NCBI GenBank assembly: GCA_040437565.1
Contig: JBDOQK010000011.1
Span: 186,001 to 250,000, forward strand
DNA: 64,000 nt
From: Albugo candida
Lineage: Eukaryota
Direction of reading: 5' to 3'
The translations under genes and the position numbers were made by a program. Below, piece by piece: positions 48,246-61,701 of this stretch. The notes beneath the pieces are model-generated. The model saw only the letters and a program-made list of their open reading frames with translations, did no database searches and was not told the DNA's origin. Numbering within the stretch: the first letter of the stretch is position 1; the number at the start of each line of letters is the position of its first letter.

Positions 48246-49223
48246 GTGTCATTTGGCAATAGACGATATTTCTGCTAGGACGGAGTGCCAGCAGACAATC
48301 AGCTGGAAATTGTCGAACTAGTGAAAATAAATGATCCGTTAGTGGTCTCGCAGATAGTTTGGCCGTTAGGATGTGGTGTGTTTGCTGTAGTCTCATTTTT
48401 TCTGCTGATAAGCACAATGTCTGGAACAACAAGAGCTTGCATTTTCGCCAGATTTTTTGGGTAGCTCGGGTTTCCTCACTACCTTGTATGATCTTAATAG
48501 AGCCCCATGAGAATCCTAGAGGTTTCAGGGTCGAACTGTATTAACCAGTAAGGCGCACGAAGACTATGTAGTGGTATAGTACCGATTGTAGCACTGCGTA
48601 CTGCAGAACCGCTTTCTATATATTTGGATGTTCTCGTTTTGAATGGCAACTAGTATACATGCGAGCCGTGAGTATGCGCTGTTTGAGTAAAAATCTTAGT
48701 TGCTTTGCTGCTTAACGACGATTTAAAGCACTTGTTCGAAAAGCTCAGGAATGGAACGAGTCAAATTTCACTTAGATATACAAGTTGAATTGATATCAAG
48801 TCTGCTATCCGAAAAAAGTATACGTGATGGAGACTAGCGTGTCTATCAGCGGGGCACACAAGACTTGATAGCAAAATTAAAAATACTCGATTAGGCCCAA
48901 TTACATACTATGCTCAATGCTTCACGTGTCATCTCATAGAAGAAGCTACTCCTTACCTGACTCGATCAGCAGTACGCCACTGACTGCCCCTTGCACAATA
49001 CATTTTTAGTGCTTTGTAATCCTGATCACTATACAGAAGGTGAGCCGACACTGAATTTTAATCCAGCTGCGTTGATGTTTTAATAATGTTAAAAGCTCAC
49101 ATTAGACCTCAATCAATGCGGTTGAGGAAAACCGAGCATTTTTGTAATACTACCGCGCTTCGCAGTCTACGTCCAGTCGCTATCATTACAGACGAAATAA
49201 GTACGCAACATCTAATCAAGCTC

Positions 49224-50042
49224 ATGGACAAATTACGCCGAAGAAAGAATTATAGTTTAGTAAGTCGCCCGTTTGTTGCTGATCAGTCGTGCAGAATAAT
49301 CTGCTGCATCAACACGTAGATATTCAACATCTCGCTTGGTTACAATCTCGTGCTTCACGATAGTATCAAACGTCCATGGTGGACACGTCTGGATGATTTT
49401 CTAATTCTCGGAGCGCTTCCTATCGTTGAAAAAAATCATCTTGAGCTTGTAAGCGGTATACTTATGCATGTTATCCCCTTCTGATTCGATTTGTAAGCTT
49501 TTACACGAGCAAAATGTGAAAGCAATCGTCACGCTGAATCAGCCTCATGAGCTTTTGCCCAATTTCTTTGGAACTCCAGTCTCGCCCGGTAATGCTACCT
49601 AGGCGCTTCTTCACCATGAGTCAGGTCATCATCCCCGTCATCTTGGATTCTATAGATGTCTGGGCATCAAGAGGTATTTTCCAATATATAGGAGCAACCG
49701 ACGATTTTTCCGCTCCAAGTCTCGACACCATCAAAAGGTGGCACTCAGCTTTAAAATCAGATCGATTTCAAATGACTCATTTTGTTGGACAGCTGCATCT
49801 CATTTATAGACACTCAGATTGCTCAGAAAAAGTCCGTTTACATTCACTGTAAAGCAGGTCGTGGCAGAAGTGCGCTTATAGCAATTGCTTTCCTGTTGCA
49901 GAATCATCACTGGGAATTGAAAGAAGCGATCGATTTTGTTACGAGCAAGCGTCAACACATAAAATTGCACGCAAAACAACTACTAAGGCTGGCTGAATTT
50001 GCTACGGTCGTTGTTTCACTAAATACAAAACGTTTGACGTAG
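49224..50042 (+). CDS. PTPMT1: PTPMT1-like phosphatidylglycerophosphate/dual-specificity phosphatase, multi-exon
   Basis: RPWWTRLDDFLILGALP; VKAIVTLNQPHE; SVYIHCKAGRGRSA. The start is uncertain. Confidence 0.85.
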
Positions 50043-50145
50043 CTTGTATAACTAATTCTTTTTGTAAGATGTCTCGCATTCTTATATGTACGTGTCGCTA
50101 TTATTGCGTCCACTTCGATACCAAACATAACCGATATCAATCTAC

Positions 50146-52077
50146 ATGCAGCAGCAAAATGCTGCCCCGATTGCGTCCAGAAACAGTTGGTCTTGCGCAC
50201 AATGCACATTCATAAATCCTGAATCAAAAACAAGCTGTAAAGTATGTACCAATGAAAACCGTCTCAGGAAGCGAAAAAAAACGTCACATGCAGCGATCAA
50301 CAGGACCGAAAGACCTGCTATAGAAACTAAACTTCCTACTCTGCTAGATGACGATTCACAAGCATCTTTTGAAATACCAACATATTCCTCATTGTCAGAA
50401 GATAGCGAGAATGAGTTTGAATGCTTAAAGAGAAGGACGAACGATTTGAAAACTGCAAGTATAAATGGCAGATCGCACAGTACATTATGGACCGACAAAT
50501 ACGCGCCAACTGCAATATCGCAAGTATGTGTCCAGAAGCGTAAATGCAATGAACTATATAAATGGATCGAAGAGAATACAAAAATCAACGCGAATTGCAC
50601 ACAGAAGAAGCGTTTACTAATTCTGAGTGGACCATCAGGCTGTGGAAAGTCAACTTTGGTACAGTGTATTGCTCGGACGCTTGCATTGAATGTGAGGAAA
50701 TGGAAAGAATCGCCAAATTTCAGAAAATATGGGAATTATACTTCATCAATGGCGTTATCTGCAGGCGTATCGACCACATCAATAGATGAGTTCACACGAT
50801 TCCTAACGCAAGCCACGACGCTGACAGCACTTCCACTGTATGAGAAAGGAAGATTTGGATTGAAAACAACTTTACAGAGAGGACAAATGACAGTAATTGA
50901 ATATTGGCCTCAATTTATGCGATCTAAATACGACGGCAGTGTCACGATCTCCTCCACATCGATAATCCAGACAACCTTGAATCAGATGATGAATGATGAA
51001 CGACTTAAGAATCCGATTATCTTGATTCATAGCAATGTACGCGATAGGAAACCGGATCTGAGTAAACTCAAAAGAGAATTCGGTGACGCTGTGGTATCCT
51101 CCAGTTGGACCAGTATAATGCATATCAACAGAGTTACTACAGGTACGATCTTTGGAAATGTATAAGAAGATAAGGCCTCAGCTTGTGTTTCAGTGCAACT
51201 GCGTAGAAAGCTGCAAGCTATAGCCAAAAGCGAAAATTTGTCGCTTAGCGTTATGACACTGGAAAGGATTATTGCGGAATGTAATGGCGACATGCGACAC
51301 GCGATCAATATGCTGCAGCTCCGTGCTGGAGGAAATTGTCTTGGAAACAAGACACAAATCGATGTTGGCACGATTTATCAGCGCGATCTATTTCACTCAG
51401 ATCTTCGCTTGGTAGGAAAATTACTGCATGGTAAGACGCTAGATGTCACGCAATCGTGTCTGAACGATATGGAGGATTTCCCGGAGCTCGAGGTAGCTAA
51501 TATGGTAGCCTTACTTCATCAAAATATCTCACCATATTACACCGCGATCGAAGAATTGAGCAGAGCAATGGATTTGCTCAGCTTCAGCCATATGATGGTT
51601 CGTTATCATCTGGTGTATTCTCACTCCGCTCGAAAGGTAGGCTTGTCTTCTATCACATTTTGGTGAATTCATCATTATTATACTCAACATAGTAATTTCT
51701 AGATCAGTCGAGAAGCACTAGTCTTATTCATTCTAACTCGGACTGTGCGACTTACTAATTTACATCCTTCCCAAGCAGCCTTTCGTTCCATCACCGGATG
51801 CAAGCACAACTCTGTTGCTCAACGAATACGACAAGAACGAGAAGCACTGAATACCAGAGATGTGCAAAGAGATACTTTGTTTGAGACGGACGGAAGAGAT
51901 GCAATTCAGTACGCTTGTGCAAGAAATATGTACATTAACGAAATCAAACCATTCGAGAATTTCATCTTTACAACACAAAATCGTACTTCAAATCATTCCT
52001 ACGAAAGATTGAACGAGGACGCTAATACTATTGACGCTGATGGTATTGATGTTATTGACGACGACGGATGGGAGTAG
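50146..52077 (+). CDS. RAD17: Checkpoint clamp loader Rad17 with an N-terminal RanBP2/NZF zinc finger, multi-exon
   Basis: LWTDKYAP...VCVQKRK; LLILSGPSGCGKST; NGDMRHAINMLQ; RDLFHSDLRLVGKLL; WSCAQCTFINPESKTSCKVC. Confidence 0.85.
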
Positions 52078-52728
52078 CTCAGGTCTGACGGAATCTACAA
52101 GTGAAGTCGACATTATCGCCCGTGAGCTAACCAAAAAAATGCACTCATATCGGAAGACTCGACGTTTCTATTCTATCAGACACGAGTGGTTGCTAGATGA
52201 AACAGGTGCAACAAGATAAGGTCCGGAGAATTCTGCTTAATTGATAATGTAGCTTTCGGATGACTAATATCGATTCTCGCAAACAACAGGCCATTGGTAG
52301 GGTTACAATGTACTGCATGACTGGGCTCAAAATCTTCATTTGCTCATCTCGAGATTGAATTGCCGCTGCTATGAGATTGATCAGGTAGATCATGCCTCTT
52401 CTTTCCTTCTTGATGATCAAAAACGAATCCGGCTGCAGTTTTACTCTCTAATTGTTTGGGTAAGAGCTCGTTTGACTACTCCAATCACCGACATACCCAT
52501 GCTCTAATGGAACAAAGTGGATTCGCTACTTGATAAAATGAAAAAAGAGCTGTGAATTAGATCCAGTTAGTCCGTTATTCATCAGACAGCGCTGCTCAAA
52601 GCTGTCTTACTGTACGAAGTATCGCACTTTGTGTGACCTTATCGTCAGGGATAGTAGAATAGTATACATGACGCCTTAAGCTATTTTCGTATTGTGCTCA
52701 ATACGGTACACGTGAAAATTACTACTGA

Positions 52729-54350
52729 ATGAGGCACGATCTGTGGGACCTCATACAGGGCGACTGCGATATCGATGCAATCAGATCAGCATCCAGCAGC
52801 GTTGTAATTGGCGAAGGGCTTCAGCTAGATGGATGGAATCCTGTGCATTATTTATGTGATAATTCCGTTATTCCGGGAAATGTACGAGAGAAAGCACTTG
52901 CGTTCTTCTTACAACAACAGCCTGTATTTTGTGGCCAAATTGATGAGGTGCGGTATGTCTAGTTGGCGTCATCATTCACATAATCGAACCGTACAATTGA
53001 CTTTAGAATGGATACACTCCTTTGCACATTCTGTGCCGAAATAAGAGTCGCACAAAGCTCTCTGATAGCCTCAATCTGCTTATTTCAACGTATAACGCAA
53101 ACATAAATGCAAAAACCACTGTAAACATGTAAAGCGATGTTTCGTTTGGTTATATCTGACGAATACTTGCAGGATGGTCAGAATATGACCCCGATTCACT
53201 TACTTTGTTCAAATTCAAGTGCCATGGACTCTGCTGCTCTGGAAACACTCTTGAAAGCACAAGCTGATATCTCTACGCGGGATCGAGTACGTAAAGTATG
53301 CGTATATGCATGAAAACCCAAACGTGAATGGATCATGAAGAATGGAAATAGCCCGCTACATCGCCTCGCAGAGAATGCCAATATAACAGATGATTGTGTC
53401 CAGATAATGTGCAAGTTCGGTGCGGATTGGAATGTCATCAATGAGGTAACCGGATCAAGTGGATGGTTTTGATGGCACACATTGATCAGTTGATGACAGT
53501 TTTCCATGAACGCTTTTCACTATCTTTGTCAAAACCAGCGCGTCTCATCCACAATGATAGAGATTGCATTCAAGCACAAAGCAAACCCGAATATCTTGAG
53601 TGATGTAGGATTACGAAGGTATCTACTTGCCACTACTAGGCGCTAATTTACTCTTGAAATAGATTGGAAGCACACCGCTACACTATCTGTGTCAAAATGG
53701 GAATCTCAATGTTTCATTGATGCAAGTTTTCTTGGCCAATAAATCCACAAATACAACAATTCGAAACTCGGTACAACTCGAAGCAAATACTTTTGTCACA
53801 CTTACAAATTATGTTACAGCTTGGCAAACTTGCGTTTGATGACATCTCTGGAGATAAAATCGAGTGCAAAAAATATGTGCGCGAACATTCCGCACCAAAC
53901 CTTGGATTCCATAACGCAACGTCTGCTTGTTTCCTGGGTGGTGAGGATCCCGGTGATCTTCCCACATCTTTACAGCACATCCTAATCAAATGGAATGAAA
54001 GCTTGCCACCTTTTGATATGGCTTTCTACACAGCCATATGCTGCGACCCAAAGTTCGATTCAGCGTATAAATCTCTACAAACTTTTTCTGTGCGGCTTCT
54101 GGATGAACCTAGTAATCAAAGCATGTTGGCAGCCTGGGAAGCCAAGTTGGCAAGTTGGCGAAAACAAATTCTCATTGCGTATGCTGCACTTGTACGTCCA
54201 AGCATATGGAGCCAAGAAGCATCCAGTCGTCGACGCAATGTTCCGGAAGATCTTCAGATGAAAAAAGCCGATATCGATTCGATTTGGAACAAGTATTCGA
54301 AATCTGGTCAGACTTCACAGCGCTTAAGCATGTTACAGCCTTTGTTATAA
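52729..54350 (+). CDS. Ankyrin-repeat protein of unknown function, multi-exon
   Basis: DGWNPVHYLCDN; NGYTPLHILCRN; MTPIHLLCSN; NGNSPLHRLAEN; GSTPLHYLCQN. The C-terminal domain is unrecognised. Confidence 0.75.
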
Positions 54351-54600
54351 AATTGTGGAAAGGGATGTCTTCGCAAATGCGGTATAGTATCCTTTTACAC
54401 TCGCACGTTTTTACACGATAATGATGCTTCAATCTCAACATCAATTTCTCTATATCGCTGCGTTTTCGAATCGCGAACGTTTTCTACAATTCCTTCGAAA
54501 AAAAGGACTTGTACCAATCAGACGAGAACAAAAAGTGTTCGATGAAAGTCTACGCCGAGAAATGTAAAAGCGAAAATGCCTAGAACGAGTAGTTTCAAAA

Positions 54601-56166
54601 ATGCATAAAATGTCATACCGTACTCCTAGAATCGGCTGCAAGCTCAATACGTTCGCATATGGCACATGGTCAAGCGCTTCGCAGCCGAGAAAAATATACG
54701 ATGTCGCCATAATTGGAGCTGGGGTAATGGGATGCTCTGTTGCCTATCATCTTGCAATGACGGCACCCAAAATGTCAATCGCACTGATTGAGCGTGATCC
54801 TTCGGTACTTTGAATGTGTTTAAATGAACAAACAAACCAATTAAGCTCAACTGTTTTCTTTACACTGACTTGACTCCCATAGTACAAGCACTCTTCCGCA
54901 ATACTATCAGCAGGTGGGATCCGTCATCAATTCTCAGGAAAGCAGAATATACTGCTCAGCCAGTACGGCACCGAATTCTTACGCAAAGTTCCCAGCCTGA
55001 TGCGCGTTGACGGGGAAGATGCACCTGATGTACAATTCACGGAAAGCGGATACTTATTTATGGCAAGCAAGCAAGGTTCTCATATTTTGAGAAAAAATTA
55101 TCAAACGCAACGGTACGAATTTATATGCATGATACCGTGGCGTTGATACCTTGTACTTAGATCTGTTGGTGCCGATGTCGACTGGATGACACCAGAAAAT
55201 GTCAAGGCTCGGTACCCTTGGATGTCCCTTGACGGTATCGATGCTGCCACACTAGGTTTGAGTAATGAAGGATGGTTCGATCCATGGTCTTTCTTAACCT
55301 CCATGAAGAAGAAATGCGTTTCTCTTGGTGTCGATTTTGTACAAGGTGATGTAGACGATCTGGCAGTGCAAGGAGGTGACCGCGTACGTGAAGCCCACGT
55401 GAATCATACGGACTTGAATGGGAACAGTGCTGGTAAAAAATCCATTGTTGTGGCGAAGGATTTTGTCAATGCCGCTGGGGCATGGGCAGCCCGAATAATG
55501 GAAGCTTGTGGAGACCATGAGTATCCCGTGAAACCACGGTATGTCAAACCCTAGCACGTTGAGACACTGATGTCTTCTGCAGCAAGCGATCGGTGTTCGT
55601 CTTTCACTCACCCGCACAGGAAATATGGAAAGGTCCTACAGCTTCACCCATGGTAATTGATCCCAGTGGTGTCTACTTTCGGCGAGAAGGATCAGGTGGT
55701 CATTTTATTACTGGGGTTTCTCCCGACAAAACGATGGATCATGACGGAGAATCTAACGAAGAGCTTGGATCAACCGACGACGATTTATTCACGGAGATAG
55801 TATGGCCCACGATCGCCAGTAGAGTCCCACAATTTGAAACTATCAAGCTTGTCAATGCTTGGGCTGGCTGGTACGAGTACAACACGTTCGATCAGGTAAA
55901 GCATATCGCACTCTACAAAAATCTTTCGTGCACCTAAGGTCTCTATTTTCTTCTCCTAGAACGCTATCATTGGAAAACACCCGGATTTTGTGAATCTGTA
56001 CCTTATCAATGGATTTAGCGGGCACGGGCTTCAGCAATCTCCTGGTGCGGGTCGTGCGGTTGCCGAATTGCTCTGCTTTGGTGAGTACAAGAGCATCGAT
56101 GCTTCTTGTTTTGATTTCAATCGAATCCGCTCCAACAAACCGTTTTACGAGCTCAACGTTGTGTGA
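54601..56166 (+). CDS. FOXRED1: FAD-dependent oxidoreductase FOXRED1-like (DAO family), multi-exon
   Basis: [103 protein letters not shown]. Confidence 0.92.
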
Positions 56167-56757
56167 GATGCTCTTGTTGGTTGGCGTGCACCGTAGGAGT
56201 GAAGTTGGGGCTAATACAAAATAATGATGCATTGCTTTGTGCAAGATCCTTTGGCAAGATCCTTCGTCAAGTCGAAATTACCAAGGTAGAATTCGGCAAG
56301 ATTGTACACGCTACTCCTAATTGTAAGAAGACCACGTCTACATTACAAAGGACCTCCTACAAGAGCTCAGTGTCAAGAGTCTCGTTCTGAATATTTTTTA
56401 GTTGCTCTGATACAACCCTAGAGAAAAACATGCCTGTAAAACATATGCGCCACTTTTGAAGAGCTCAAACACCAGAAGAGGAAACGCGTCAATCCCTAGT
56501 CTTATTATCATCGTTATAAATTTTCGACGGCCAAAAGTCAGATTAGGATCTGGCGAGACGATGAAGAAGAAATGCATTGAATTAGTAGATTCATTCTAGA
56601 TGCAACATCCGAATGATCATTTCTATATAGCCAATGGGTTTGCCTCGAAAATGCAGAAAACCAAAGGAAGCGACTCAGTTCTATGCTGTTCAACTGCGTT
56701 CGACGTTCTGTTCTCTGTACAATCAAGCTCAGCATCCGGTAACACCAATTCCTCGCT

Positions 56758-58954
56758 TCAAACTTCGGCTTCTCCAGAGATTGAGGGCGACAACTCCGTG
56801 ATGTCGCCTGGCGATGGATAAGATGATTTTTGATTCTGCAACGACGTGTACGGAATAGAGGTTGATCGTCTAATAATCAATACCATAATGCTGACCAGAA
56901 GAAGACATAGTCCAACCATCGACGCCCAAAATAGACTTCTTAGATACTGGAACGTGTCATCTATCTTACAAATGACCCGCTGAGTCCTTGACACATGTGA
57001 GGATGCCTTGTATTGATCAAGGGAACGCACAAAGTTGCTAATGTAGCTGAAGTTTGGAGTACCAACGCCTGAAACAGCATCCCAACCCGTGGTGGCCCCA
57101 AACCATTGCTCACAGATGATGGATCCCTCAATGTCTGCTCCGTTGTTCCCTATCACCACATCCTGAAAAGCGGATGGTTCATGTTGGTGTAAATGATAAA
57201 TCAGCGGGTTCAGAAACCCAAGTGGTTTTTCCCCCGAACCAAGCCGTATGTCGTTCAGCAGAGTAATCATCGCAGCGACAACAGGAGTAGACGCAGATGT
57301 CCCTTCAAACCGAGTACGATGATGTGACACATAGCCCATAAAATTGCTGCCCAGTGCTGCGATGTCTGGATATGCTCGACTAGAAGAGTTGAAATAATCC
57401 ATTTCGGAAGGTATCTGTTTTGGATGTTGTTTTAAATATTCTTGCACGGCGTTGGCTTGATATTGTGGTATCTCATAGTAATTTGAAAATCCACCTCCTG
57501 TTGTGAATGCTGCACGAAGCTGACTTGAAGCCACTACTTCTTCTTCCGTGATAAAGAATTCTAGTTCCATATCGATACCATGGCTAGTGCTTGGTTCAAG
57601 CATCATCGTAGCCCCCACAGAAGTCACATATGGGCTTGAGGATGGCCACTGAGGATGGGCTTTTGCACAGATGTTTTTTGGATGTGGTATGTGGAACTCG
57701 GGATATAGTCCAGAAATTCCATTGTCTCCAGAAGCTACTAAAACAGATATACCTCGAAGTCCCATTTTAACAGTTAGAGCATCGAACGCTCGAGCATAGT
57801 TCTCTGATGCAGAGAAGACGTGATACTCGTCATCAGAGTAACTGATCGAGATGACATATGGTGGATGATCTTGTTCCAAAACCGCTTGTGCAAATTCCAG
57901 GAACGGTTCATCCTCTGGCGAATACGGATTACTTCCACTCATAAAGTAAGCGTAGGTTGTAGTATTCCGAGCCACACCCGTCAAATACTGAATGTCAAGA
58001 GAAGCCTCACGCGTTGCTATATTCCGTGTGCTGCCCACATGAATAATGTTTGGCAGACTCTGATTGGGTAGGTGCATCGTATAAAATTTCTCCAAGTCTT
58101 TCCGATCGTAACCCTCATTGTAAAATGCCGGAAAGCCTTGCCAATTCGTTTCGTTTCGGACAACAAGGTTGCGAGGTATATGATACTGCTCACAAAGTAG
58201 CTCGATATCCACTGGACGTGGCGCCCACTTTGATGTTTCCCGTGATCGCATTGACTTGTGCGAAGAAAGCGCTGTAGGCTTCAGTTCCAATGGATGAGAA
58301 TTTATATTGAGATATGAAATAAACGGGTGCAGTTCGTTTGGGATATCGATGCGTGTCGATGCTCTCAACAACGATCTTGAATTTGGATCAGGCTGTCGAT
58401 ATGAATGGAGCGTAGTTTGGAGTAGTTTTTCAGCGTCTTCGACTTGCATGAAAACCTAGCAGGAGAAAGAGCGATGTAACAGGAAAGAAATGTATCAGCC
58501 GAGCACTTGACTCACTCTGAAGATATTGGAATCTTTCGAAAAAAACGGCTTTTGCTGAGAGTAATTTTGAACCCACTTATGCAACATCGGCAACGCATCG
58601 GGATGAGGTTTAGATAGCTCGTTAACTTCTTCTCGTGTAAGATATTGACCATAAGAAGGGTCTCTAACAAAGCACAGCATCCGGTATGACTACAAGTGAA
58701 AACAAAGCAAAGAGATTTGTGTACAGTGGATCAGAGTGCTTGTATAACGCTGCTTCTAGAGCCTTCCATCCATGTATATGTACCCCAATTTGTAAGCAAA
58801 AAACTGTGTCATTTGCCGGTTTTTCTATCTGTAGGTATCTATCAGATGTAAATTCTTTGCTCCCAATCAATTCCGACTTATGGTCAAAGGCATTATACAA
58901 AGCATTGCAAACTGTTACTGACAGCAGCGTGATACTGACGCACGTTAAACTCAT
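56758..58954 (-). CDS. Sedolisin family S53 peptidase (tripeptidyl-peptidase I-like) with signal peptide, prodomain and C-terminal transmembrane helix
   Basis: EASLDIQY; VASGDNG; RAYPDIAA; GTSASTP; WDAVSGVGTPNF; prodomain PSYGQYLTREEV; transmembrane LFWASMVGLCLLLVSIMVLII. Confidence 0.92.
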
Positions 58955-59528
58955 ACGGGTACCGACTACTTGTGGTTAATCACAATAGCCTATAATCGTG
59001 GATAATCGATACCTTCGGTTTTTCGTCTATAGCCGATAAAGAGGGTTAGTGGTATGCATGTCCAAGATGTCTAATACGCTGACCAGCTATTCTGCTCCTA
59101 AAATAGGATGCGTGTTTGGTTTACTCAACTTACGTGTACGGGTGCACATTTCATTCGTTATCTATAAACGATCCTTTTATCTCATTCAATAGATTCCAAT
59201 CGACAGCGATGTTGCCTGCGGATTGTTGGTACTTGATCATAGGAGCAATTGATAGTACGCATGACAAGTACGTAAGAATTTGATTGCCTTTTGTCAAGTC
59301 TTTAAAACACTTGCGACCTGTGATGATGCGCTTGTTATTGTTTCTGCACATGATGCAAATCTTACCGCGTTATAATATCGCAAAGGTACTGTCATTTTCG
59401 ATGGAAGGATCGCAGCTCGTTTCACGAGCCAGATCTTGAAGATCATCAAGTTAACAGGACTGGGTTCAAAGGCAATTTGATTTCTCTTACGGGATTCTAC
59501 GTATCCTATCCAGTCCATGTGATAAAAA

Positions 59529-60630
59529 TTAGGATGTATCGTCAAGTGCAGAACACACTCCTGCATTCGACTGGGAAATCATGTCTATTTCCTCATCAGC
59601 CTTTGCAAACAAAGACTTTTTTGTGTCTCGTTCCCAGGCGTTTCGTATAGTAGATGTGTCGTTTTCAACTTTCTGGACTTTGTCGCTCGAGTTGCTTGTT
59701 GTGGTCGGAGCAGCATTCTCCTTGCCAACAGAGTTTTGATTAAAGCGTCCACTGTTTGTACGATCTCCTGACGAAGGGTTTTTATCGGATCTCCATACAA
59801 CTGTATTACGAAAGCTTGTATTGTCGTTCAAAGAAGCATCATGCCGTTTATATTCCAATGCAACAAATTGCGGAAGATTCAGCACCCGTCTCATTGTATC
59901 GCTGATAAACGAATACATGTGACTTAGACGGAGCTCAATACCAAAACGGAAGACTATTACCGAATACGATAGCACGCTTCATTGTTGTCGGCATTTCGAT
60001 TCCATAAAGAAAGGATATCTTCATTGTACCGAATTGAAATAACAGCTCCACATATTTCGTTCCCGACGTCAAATTGCTCTCCAATTATCGCAAGAATAAG
60101 ATCCTCCCAGTACCTCGACGCAATACCTTTACGCATCCTGACCATCCATTTACCGCCACGACGATTGGAAGGATCCTACAATAAATACACGCTTATCAAG
60201 AATTTCAGATTGCAACTGGTGTTTTTGACTTTGATTCGAGTACCTCCCACATTGGTTTGATTCCTGTTTTGAATAAGTGATAATCCATAGTGTTAGGTAG
60301 GTCATTCGGTCGGACTAAATGATTATAGATACACCAAAATCCCTGCACCGTTTTGAAGTCTCCTAGTTCTTTGATGCTTTTCTCATAGCTTTCCTAAGGT
60401 TTCTATGAATCATTTTTTTTCTCAAGGAGCTTGTGCTTGGCACGAACCGCTTTATTTGCCGTGTTCCTTTTCATATACCAAAATGTGTACATATTCTGTA
60501 TCGGTGCGTCAGTCCTTCCCGCGTTTCCGTCATCTATTCATATACAAATCACATGAAAGCTATCAAAGTGAATGTCCACGCTCAAACCCGCATCAGAAAT
60601 GTCTGTGACCGGCTTCTCTGTCTGCGTCAT
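59529..60630 (-). CDS. EIF4E2: Translation initiation factor eIF4E class II (4EHP/nCBP-like), multi-exon
   Basis: PIQNMYTFWY; SYEKSI (Tyr at the W56 position); FKTVQGFWCIYNHLVRP; GIKPMWED; GGKWMVRMRKGIASRYWEDLILAIIGEQF; EYKRHDASL. Confidence 0.88.
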
Positions 60631-60963
60631 TATCTATTACTATCTTTAAATCTACTGCCGAGTACCGGTACTACTGGCCTTTGGCATTCAAAGAAGCGTA
60701 TGCACTACTAAACTTACAATCAGGAAAGTCAACACAGAACACAATAGAATTGATGCAGCTCTGCACGAGGGACTTGACGTAGAGACTAGTCGGGGCAATG
60801 ACACAATTATCCGGTTTGAGATAACAAAAACGTGAACTTGAGCCGCTCGGAGCGCGTGTTTATTCTAGACTGCAAAATACTCAGTAGTAAATGCGTCGAA
60901 CAATATATCGACATGAAATAGGATGACTGCTTGAATGATATTACAATCTTACGATTCTATGAT

Positions 60964-61701
60964 TTACGCCATCGAGTCAATCAACGCATTGCGAATTGTG
61001 GAAGACGTTGACATTGGTTGCGCATTTTGCAATTTAAAAATGCTTTCAATCACAGAGATCTCCGTGGATGTTGTGTCCAGGCCACAGAAAGCAGTCCAAT
61101 CGTTCACAACAAGACCTGCTCCAATCACATCACTGCCACGGTTTATTGTTCCAGCCACCACTGGGACTTGAAGTAGTGAACTTAGCTCTTCGAGGTCTTC
61201 AGCGGAAGTTCGGGGATGGACTAAGCAGCCTTGATTAGAAAGGCCGCAGTAACTTCCGACTAACGCATTCCCTGCTATTGTTTGACGAAAAACTTCTACT
61301 CCGAGAACATCTGCAACAATTTCTTCTGTATCTCTATCTAGATCCGTATGGACCAATGCAACATGATCATTGCTTACGATGCAATTTCCCAGCGCTGAAA
61401 GACGTTCTTCTACCCGTTGAACAACCACGGAATCCGGCAATGCATTTCGAATGTGCTGTAACTCCTGATCGGTGGTGGTGTTTGGTAGTAACAGTCCTCG
61501 TTTGTTACCCACAGCGACACGCCCTACAAAACGGCAACCAGCGATGGATGCGTGAATTACAGGAATATGATCTGCTAATTCCGCTTCAAAATTGCTGTAA
61601 AAGTTTTCAGAGCCACCTACACAAACCAAACAGTACGAGTTTGTGACTTTCGAAAATACTCCTATCTCGTTGCTGTTCTCAAACTGACATCGAATAGCCA
61701 T
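60964..61701 (-). CDS. EIF6: Translation initiation factor eIF6, intronless
   Basis: [18 protein letters not shown]...[10 protein letters not shown]...[21 protein letters not shown]. Confidence 0.97.
   Translation of the reverse strand: MAIRCQFENSNEIGVFSKVTNSYCLVCVGGSENFYSNFEAELADHIPVIHASIAGCRFVGRVAVGNKRGLLLPNTTTDQELQHIRNALPDSVVVQRVEERLSALGNCIVSNDHVALVHTDLDRDTEEIVADVLGVEVFRQTIAGNALVGSYCGLSNQGCLVHPRTSAEDLEELSSLLQVPVVAGTINRGSDVIGAGLVVNDWTAFCGLDTTSTEISVIESIFKLQNAQPMSTSSTIRNALIDSMA

Noticed and set aside
8228-52077. Co-occurrence of chromosome-biology genes (NIPBL, CENP-X, CENP-C, Rad17) and of endosomal genes (VPS9, TBC, FYVE) as functional clusters
   Set aside because: They are interspersed with unrelated genes and are consistent with chance in a gene-dense eukaryotic genome.
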